From Tubulanus polymorphus (Eukaryota > Animalia > Nemertea), in assembly GCF_964204645.1 (NCBI RefSeq), contig NC_134032.1:124001-188000 (forward strand): a stretch of DNA of 64,000 bases, given 5' to 3'. This document shows positions 50,191 to 64,000 of this stretch, in pieces. The notes under the pieces are model-generated. The model saw nothing but the letters and a program-made list of their open reading frames with translations, did no database searches and had not been told where the DNA came from. Position 1 is the first letter of the stretch, and every line of letters starts with the position of its first letter. A program made the position numbers and the translations under genes.

Positions 50191-51281
50191 GTTTAAACGC
50201 TGACGTGTACTAACACCGAAAATAACTGCTGACAAAACTTCAGTCACCAGCGCTCACTGGCGCTCGCTACAAGTCGATAGATAGTATTTATCAGATAGGT
50301 GATGAACGATAGCCCTGAGGCGCGACCATCACGCGACAATGACGCTCGCTCCTGCTCTTCCCATTTCGAAAAAATCGCTTTAATAAATACAACTGACGCC
50401 GGGTTACTTTTTTTCCGTTAACTACTAGTTATACGTAAAACAGGGTTACGATCCACGGACTTTTCCGGACTTACCAGTATTCTTTTTTCTACGGTCAAAG
50501 AAATAAGGCAATTTTTTTCAAGTAGGCTCGAGTTACGCATCGCGACGACTGACACGGAGAAAACTCAGGATATCAGCGAAATTGAGATCAACTCTGTGAA
50601 AGTTTAAGGAATTTGAATTTATTTCGCGCAAAGACCTGGAATTTGGATATATTATGTTGTTGACCGTCGGTACGTGATTTGACGAAAAAATGAACGAATC
50701 GTAACGTTCGCTATCGTTTAATCACATGGAAAAATTAGGACAAGGTATTTGACAATTATTAGCATCACCAGGGAAAAACCTCAGGGAATTCGGATTTATT
50801 GCTATTGACCACTTGTTCCTTTATCAGCAAGTGATAATCGATTTTCAATCGGACTTTTAGCCTGCGACATATCGGACATTTGGTGAATCATGTCTCCTGA
50901 TAAATTCTTTTTAATTTCGATATTTATTATTTTATCATCTATTATCAATATTCTATTACATTATTTCATAAGTATCATTATTTCAATATATATTATCATT
51001 TTATCATCATTCATTATTTTTATATCTATTATCATTTTATGATCTAATATTATTTCATAACAATCATTATTTTATCTATTAAGATATTGTATTATCTAAT
51101 ATTATTTAATATTATTTCATAATAATCATCATTTTAATATCCATTATTATCTTTGTTTTATTATTATTTTCTTTATTGTTCGTTAAATATCGTTTTATCA
51201 TTAATCGTTTAATTTATTATTAATATCTTATTATTGATTTCACTATTTTTCTATACAGCCTAACAGCAGCAGCAGAAAACA

Positions 51282-53603
51282 ATGTCTCAACGAGATGATA
51301 CATCATCGGCGGGAGGATTAACGATGCAGCAGCAGCAGCAGCACCAGCAGCAGCCGACCATCTGCCAAATAAACGACCGCCTGAAGCGGACTCAGATGAT
51401 CCGACCTCCGTGGCGCACGATGCTCCATGCCGAAACTCTACACTACGTTCAAACCCACGCGAACGCGATCGGCGTCGCCGAGGAGTACGTCTGCTTCCCG
51501 CTGCTGACGATCGTCGCCGGTCTCATCGGCGCCAAGGCGTCGCTCGAGGTTACCGATACGTGGCACGAACCGGCGGTGCTGTGGTGCGGTCTGCTCGCGC
51601 GACGCGGCGAACTCAAGTCGACCACGATACGATACTTCGCGCGATCGCTGCGCGCGTTCGAGGACGCACTCACGCGCGATGTATCGACGCCGCAGAGTTC
51701 GCAACACGTCCTACTCGACGAGGCTGAGTTTACGCCGCGCGATCTGGCGCGACGACTCGACGCCAACGGCAACTCGATGATCCTGTTGGCGGAGGACCTG
51801 ACGACGCTTTACGAAGACGCCGCGTCAAAAAGCGAACGACGCGCCGATGAACGTCAGCTCAACGCGGCGTACCGCGGCGCAGAAACACCCGCGTTGGGCG
51901 TCGTCGGTTTCGTGCATCCGAAACGCGCCGTCGAACTCGTCACCGGAGACGACCTCGACCCGGTCGCCGCGCGTCTGCTGCTCGTGCATCCGATCGAACG
52001 CGACTGCTTCATGGACGACGTCGCGCCGGCGCCGAAATACACGCCGCCGCTGCACCTCGTTTACAAGATCGTCGCCGACGCGCACAGGCGCCGTCTGCTG
52101 TTCCGTTTGAGCGCTGAGGCGCGCGACATCGCCTACGACTACCTCGACGAGTTAATCGCGTTGAAGAAAATGTCCGCCGGCGACGAGAACAAACGATACG
52201 TGCTCGCGAACGCGTGCGGTCAGTTTTGCCGCCTGGCGTTGGCCGTACACACGCTGAACGGCGCCGTCAAAGAGGCGCAATCGCGCCACGAAAACGCCGA
52301 GAACTTGGACGCCAGTTTGAGCGTCGTCGACAACCAGTGGCGCACCGGTATCGTCGGCGCCGACTCGGTTCGCCAGGCGCGCGATCTCATGAACTTTCTC
52401 ATCGAGCAGAAGTTCATATTGATGGGGTTCGAACCGGCGACGGCAGGCGCCGACGAACACCAGTTGAACGTAAACGAACACCGATTGAACGTCGACGAAC
52501 ACCACCCCGCGATGAACGTCAGTTTCGACATGAAAACCGGTCAGTGGTTGACGACCGCGGCCGGCGGCATCTTAATGCCGACAATGACTAAACCGATCGC
52601 GTACAATCAACAAGTGGCGCCACATATAGGCTACGCTGTTCATCCGCCGCCCGCTCATACGGCGTTCACGGCGACTAAAGCCGCGCTCGAAGCGCCGCTC
52701 AACGTTCAACGATCGCTCTTCAAAAACTACGCCGACAGTTTTCACATGTTGACGTATGCCGCAGCCCAGCAACAACAACAGAAAAAAGACCATCAACAAT
52801 TGGAACCGTTGAATTTGAACGTCAACTACGAACTGTTGAACGCGTCGCGCGAACGTACCCCACGGCAACGATCGCCGACGACGACCGACTCGCAGAGCTC
52901 GACGCATTCGCCGTTGACGACCGTATCCACGACGACGACCAAACACAACAATAGCCTGAAACCGGGTCGCGTCGTCGGGCGCGAGGAGAACGGCTGTTAC
53001 CAGTACGACTTCGGCAACCTGCTCCCGTACGGCGCCAAGAACATACGCAGCCTACTGACATCCGGGTACCTCGAGATCAGCGCGTCGCTAGTCGCCGGGC
53101 GCCACCTGATGCCGCCGACCCGAACCCCGGGCACGGAGAACCGCTATAAAACGGAGGCGGCCGTCGCGTATTTGCACAAAGTCGCGGAACTCGGTTTCGG
53201 TACGATACACCGTACAAATAAACGCAGTTATATATTCAAGAAACGGAATTACGAGGAATTGAGCGACGAATCACGTCGGATCCTTGCAGATATACAGGTG
53301 ACAGAGGCGGCGTATCGCAAGGTGAAACTATCGATCGTCGACGCAGACAAGAAGAACCCGCTCCTCGCTCAGATCGACCTCAGTAATAATAACACAAACA
53401 CGAGCAACGCTAACACCTCCGTACTGAATAGTTTAATCATGGCGAGTTCGACAGCGCCGATGACGGCGTTCGCGGTGGCGCCACCGCTCAGCGTTAACGG
53501 TTCAGCGACGAATAGCCCCGGATCGACGACTACCGCCGAGATTAAAGTAGAAAATACGACGGGTATCGCGGTGCCCCCTAGTCCAATGATAGTCGATCAT
53601 TAG
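51282..53603 (+). CDS. DUF3987 (YfjI-like) domain protein with degenerate P-loop motifs, Q/T-rich linkers and a separate C-terminal folded domain; single coding exon
   Basis: 773-aa GC-rich ORF; HANAIGVAEEYVCFPLLTIVAGLIG...WHEPAVLWCGLLARRGELKS, LGVVGFVHP, ARLLL and RLALAVH follow the DUF3987 motif order (recognised by eye); acceptor tatacag| at 51258; polyA signals ~54944-54955. Confidence 0.7.
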   Translation: MSQRDDTSSAGGLTMQQQQQHQQQPTICQINDRLKRTQMIRPPWRTMLHAETLHYVQTHANAIGVAEEYVCFPLLTIVAGLIGAKASLEVTDTWHEPAVLWCGLLARRGELKSTTIRYFARSLRAFEDALTRDVSTPQSSQHVLLDEAEFTPRDLARRLDANGNSMILLAEDLTTLYEDAASKSERRADERQLNAAYRGAETPALGVVGFVHPKRAVELVTGDDLDPVAARLLLVHPIERDCFMDDVAPAPKYTPPLHLVYKIVADAHRRRLLFRLSAEARDIAYDYLDELIALKKMSAGDENKRYVLANACGQFCRLALAVHTLNGAVKEAQSRHENAENLDASLSVVDNQWRTGIVGADSVRQARDLMNFLIEQKFILMGFEPATAGADEHQLNVNEHRLNVDEHHPAMNVSFDMKTGQWLTTAAGGILMPTMTKPIAYNQQVAPHIGYAVHPPPAHTAFTATKAALEAPLNVQRSLFKNYADSFHMLTYAAAQQQQQKKDHQQLEPLNLNVNYELLNASRERTPRQRSPTTTDSQSSTHSPLTTVSTTTTKHNNSLKPGRVVGREENGCYQYDFGNLLPYGAKNIRSLLTSGYLEISASLVAGRHLMPPTRTPGTENRYKTEAAVAYLHKVAELGFGTIHRTNKRSYIFKKRNYEELSDESRRILADIQVTEAAYRKVKLSIVDADKKNPLLAQIDLSNNNTNTSNANTSVLNSLIMASSTAPMTAFAVAPPLSVNGSATNSPGSTTTAEIKVENTTGIAVPPSPMIVDH

Positions 53604-55255
53604 TTTGACTGTGGATCCAGTTCCGTGGTTCCACATGGGAACTGGATAGCAGCGCGCTACAAGCAGCTGGCATTTGTGTAAAAATGTACAAAGAACAATC
53701 AAAAACTAAAAAGCCGATGATTAATCGTTGAATTTGTTAAATTTGGCTATTTTCAGTGATCACTTTGCGATCTATGCATCATTTTCAATTTAATTTCTCG
53801 TTAATAGTTTATATTCGCGCACTGTCGTTATGTTGTTGTTGGTTCCAGTGTCTTTTTATTCATATATATATATATACATAGTTTATTTTCAACGGGCTTC
53901 AAACAATGACATTAAACGCCTTTTGGTCACGCGACGATCGAATAACGAATTGTATTTTAGCGACAATTTTTTCTGTTGTATTTCTCAATAACGATTTTAG
54001 TAATCGTTAAAATTATTGTACGTGTTGTTTTTAAGAAGTTACGAATGTATCATACGTTTAACTATTATTTCATTATCATCATACGTCGATTCAGAGGGAA
54101 TCTACAATGTTTCCGTTTAACCCTTTCCGTGCGGTGTATCAATCCGTGTTGGAATTTGCTAGTACACTGCATCACGGTGTATTGGATGATATTAGTAATT
54201 AGTTCTTATTTCTAATAAGAGATGGCAGCACCTCAATCATTAGTAAGGTATCTTATGCAATACATTGCACTGCGGTGTAGACACACTTTAGCGCTATGTC
54301 TGTTTTTCAACACAATCCTTACCCTTTCAGTGATTCTACACCTTAATGCGGTGTATTGAAGATAGACTTTGCTAGTACACTGCATCGCGGTGTATTGATC
54401 TTATTACTAATATCATCAATACACTATGATCTAATTACATAAATATGTAATTAGTTTTTATCTCTAATGAGAGATGGCAGCACCTATCGAATAAAATGAA
54501 ACTTAGGTCGATACATCGCGCTGCGGTGAAAACACACGGTAAGCCCATTATACGCTATACAGGGTTTTCAAACATTTTGAAACTATCTCTAACACTTTCA
54601 GGTATTAATTATAATTAGTCGATGCTCACTGAAACGGTTTTAACTACTATAAATTGGCTATGCAATTTTCTAACCGGAATTTCATTTTTTTAAATCTATG
54701 CAGAATCAGAGTAGTTTTTGCTACAAACGTTAATTCAAAATCAATTGAATATAACGCGTATTTTGAATAACCACAAAATGCGAAGTGCCTTAAAGGGAAT
54801 CATATTGTATTACTGTAATAGTTCAAGAGTATTAGCACAGATGGCAGCACTGCCTATAGAGGCCTTCACTCGAATACATTCCGATTATGAAATGACTGTA
54901 AATATGTCGATGATTTTAGACTAATGTTTAGTATTATTTTGTAAATAAAATAAAAAACCATCATCCAAAATCACGTTTTTTTTTTTATTTATGGACTTTT
55001 AGGATTCGGATCCTGGATCCAAGTAAGCCGAGGTTTCAGTCATCTAAAATCCCACAAGATGGCGTGCGTATCAGGATAACCCGACCAAAATCGAGATAAT
55101 TTTCGATGAACTTATGTCAAGATCTTTAGCCTCGAAAAATCAGACGGTTCATGGACGGAGCGGAAGAAGTACCAAAATGGCTGCTTTTTGAATCGCAGGA
55201 GGGCCGTCCTCGCTTGCCAGGGTTTGATTGCCTCCAACCGCAGGCTAACACCAAC

Positions 55256-55684
55256 GGTCATCCTTATTACCGAGATGACGTATTTTACCGAGATCAACCG
55301 AGATAAAATGAAATATAACATATTTATTTATTCCTTATCGATTTTAACAATTGATATCATATCATATCAGTAATAAATGCCTGCTGGAGTCATATTTTAC
55401 ATATTTTGTCGGATATTTTTGTAGAAAAATAACTTAACTTTACCGAGATGAGATCGTCGATCAATCAAATTCAATGAAATTTTATTGCTAACCGAGCTTA
55501 CGTATTTGAAGTCAAAATTTTTCTAAATAAAAAAAATATGTAAAATGTGACTCTAGAAGGTATTTATTACTGATATAACATGATTTCAAGTGTTAAAATC
55601 GATAAGGAATAAATAAATATGATATATTTCATTTCATCTCGGTTCGTCTCGGTAAAATACGTCATCTCGGTAATAAGGATGACC
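55256..55684. mobile_element. MITE with ~120-bp terminal inverted repeats
   Basis: ggtcatccttattaccgagatgacgtattttaccgag...cagtaataaat (55256-55378) is the near reverse complement of 55562-55684. Confidence 0.85.
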
Positions 55685-55878
55685 CGACACCAACACAAAC
55701 CCTTCACTAAACTTATTACACTTCCCAGGATTTCTAAGGCGGACAGGATGCCACTGAACGGCCACCAGTCTGTATATCTAACCAATCAGAAACAGATCGA
55801 ATCTGCAGCTGAAAAACAACGCGTCTGATTGGCTAGATGTATAAACTGGTGGATAAGCGGCAACATTTCCGCCTTAGA

Positions 55879-56091
55879 AATTGTGGGTGGTTTAATAGAC
55901 CGGTGAAGGGCGACGATGCCTGGGTTTGCGGCAACAAAACCCGCATAGCGAGGAGGCAGGGATAGGATTGGAAGGGTCAACGGGTAAGTGTGGTAGGATC
56001 TCATCCGGATAACTAGACTTCTCTGCAGTAGAGTCGGTGCCGTCTTGTGGCGCCATCTGCAGCCACCTTGTCGCACCATCCGTTTCAGTGA
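55879..56091 (-). ncRNA. Candidate structured intronic RNA, box H/ACA-like
   Basis: GC-rich ~210 nt with several complementary segments, an AGAGAA (ANANNA) box and terminal ACA+3 nt about 70 nt upstream of a 3' splice site. Confidence 0.3.
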
Positions 56092-57188
56092 AGACTTTTT
56101 GGATATCCTTCAATACAGTTTCAAATGGATTAAAAAATGATGATTTAGGTCGATTGTCTCTACTTTCTGGTCCTAATAAGCCTTTTATCAGATATGTACC
56201 ACCAAAACTGACTGAGCTAGGCCACCAGGAATGCTCTCAAGTCAGGTTGAAATAGACATTAGTACTAAATAGACTAGGGAGGGGGGAGGGGGAAGTCGAA
56301 GAACTTCCACAAAACATGGATAAAATTCGGAAATTCTCCGAAATTTGATGAAACACCTAGAGATCTTCATTCTGATAAAATGCATGCGGGAAAACAGGCG
56401 AAAGTTAAAGTTATTGGAATAAAAATTAATTTGAATTGCGTAATCGAATTGTTCATCTTTGCGACCTATTTTCGAATGAACTGACCTAGAAAACTCTTCC
56501 TCGTCTTTTCTTCTTTATTCGGTAAGACTTCGATTTGGGTTCGGAGTAATGGGAACGTCGAATCGGCGGTTTAACTCGCAGTAATCCGTGATCACCACGA
56601 ATTCATTGTTTTCATGGGCGCGGCCATCTTGGGTCGTCTCGGGTACAAACATCGGGTACGGTCGACACCCGCCGCGATGAACGCGCACGCGTACCACGCA
56701 TATCCGGTACCGGATATCCGCTGCAAACTTCGTTATCCGAAACGACGAAAAAGATTATTATCATTTATCATGAATTATATTCAATCCTTAAAAATTGCAT
56801 CATAATCATAGGTTTTAATTATAAATTCTTTTGATTCTATTCGATAGTCAGTTTTGACGTATCTACTTTGAATTTTGATTAGAAAATATAAAATCGACAT
56901 TTCGTGTTTAAGTTTTGCTATGAGTTCAAAGTCGCTAAAACCGAAGACATCCGAAACGAAAGACATATATTTTATTCAATGTATCATAGAATATATCTAA
57001 ATCAAAACAATATAGATATCTATGATATAAATTATTTAAGAAAAAGTTCTTTTTTATTTTGAATTGAGTTTTAACCATTTTAAATCAAAAAAATCTCGAT
57101 CGCCGTTTCGTCGACCGGTTTCGAACAGTTTGTCGAAGTGAAAGCGAAACAGCTGTTTTTGTGGTTGGTTCCTTTTTGCAGCGGTTAA

Positions 57189-63491
<6,303 letters not shown>

Positions 63492-63705
63492 GTATGTGGT
63501 CAGAGTGGTTAACATCCGATCTTAAGCAAGAAATTTAAACAGAGAATCACTGTTAGTAACCAACAGAGTGCAGGCTAGCAGAGGCCGTTGACCCAGAGCG
63601 GAGGCCGTTGATCCAGAGTGCAGGCTAGCTGAGGCCGTTGACCCTGCTTGTAAAGATTTTTTCATATCCAACTGCCCTTCTTCCAGGCTGCCCCCAATCC
63701 AATTT

Positions 63706-63974
63706 CACTCTCAGAATAGAGTCGCTCTCAGAATAGAGTCACTCTCAGAATAGAGTCGCTCTCAGAATAGAGTTGCTCTCAGAATAGAGTCGCTCTCAGG
63801 GAATAGAGTCACTCTCAGAATAGAGTTGCTCTCAGAATAGAGTCGCTCTCAGGGAATAGAGTCACTCTCAGAATAGAGTCACTCTCAGAATAGAGTCACT
63901 CTCAGAATAGAGTCACTCTCAGAATAGAGTTGCTCTCAGAATAGAGTCGCTCTCAGAATAGAGTCACTCTCAGG
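63706..63974. repeat. 18-bp minisatellite (ctctcagaatagagtca/cg)
   Basis: About 14 tandem copies. Confidence 0.95.
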
Positions 63975-64000
63975 GAATTTTGTGTAATCACATCGAGACC

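Larger units (their letters stand above)
54975..56660 (-). ncRNA. Candidate spliced lncRNA divergent from TRAM (possible small-RNA host gene)
   Basis: GC-rich start with AAGATGGCCGC (~56620-56630) and only an 11-codon ORF (MAAPMKTMNSW*), donor ag|gtcagt ~56485, acceptor gtttttcag ~55809, AATAAA at ~54984-54989. Confidence 0.35.

Noticed and set aside
51410-53061. Multiple alternative-frame and antisense ORFs
   Set aside because: Shadows of the GC-rich 773-aa coding sequence; the same applies to antisense ORFs over ZMYND8 and NLR exons.
55879-56091. Identification as telomerase RNA, 7SK, RNase P/MRP or U17
   Set aside because: No TTAGGG template, no 7SK GAUC repeats, no P4 partner strand and no U17 m1 motif; kept only as an unassigned candidate.

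Overview
This is eukaryotic (invertebrate animal-like) genomic DNA, AT-rich, with GT-AG introns and dense satellites and MITEs; it is not a prokaryotic window. Genes supported from the sequence are: (1) a + strand NACHT-LRR (NLR) gene whose large terminal exon (4895-7737) is preceded by two small duplicated exons (539-676 and about 1181-1315) that each encode a RHIM-like amyloid motif instead of a death-fold domain; (2) a 4-coding-exon secreted C-type lectin (18107-19186); (3) a multi-exon ZMYND8/RACK7 orthologue on the - strand (PHD-bromo-PWWP...coiled coil-MYND, about 23350-38464); (4) an intronless DUF3987/YfjI-like ORF with degenerate ATPase motifs (51282-53603); (5) the 5' nine exons of a TRAM gene (57231 onward, running off the window). 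There are also two candidate spliced non-coding transcripts on the - strand (about 12.4-13.6 kb and 55.0-56.7 kb, the latter with a candidate intronic H/ACA-like RNA), LINE and SINE remnants, several MITEs, and many tandem arrays including a 1.4-kb inverted satellite. The most interesting observation is the RHIM-NACHT-LRR architecture with two tandem, phase-compatible RHIM exons, which resembles fungal and bacterial amyloid-signalling NLRs. All exon models were read by eye from splice signals and reading frame; there is no expression evidence.
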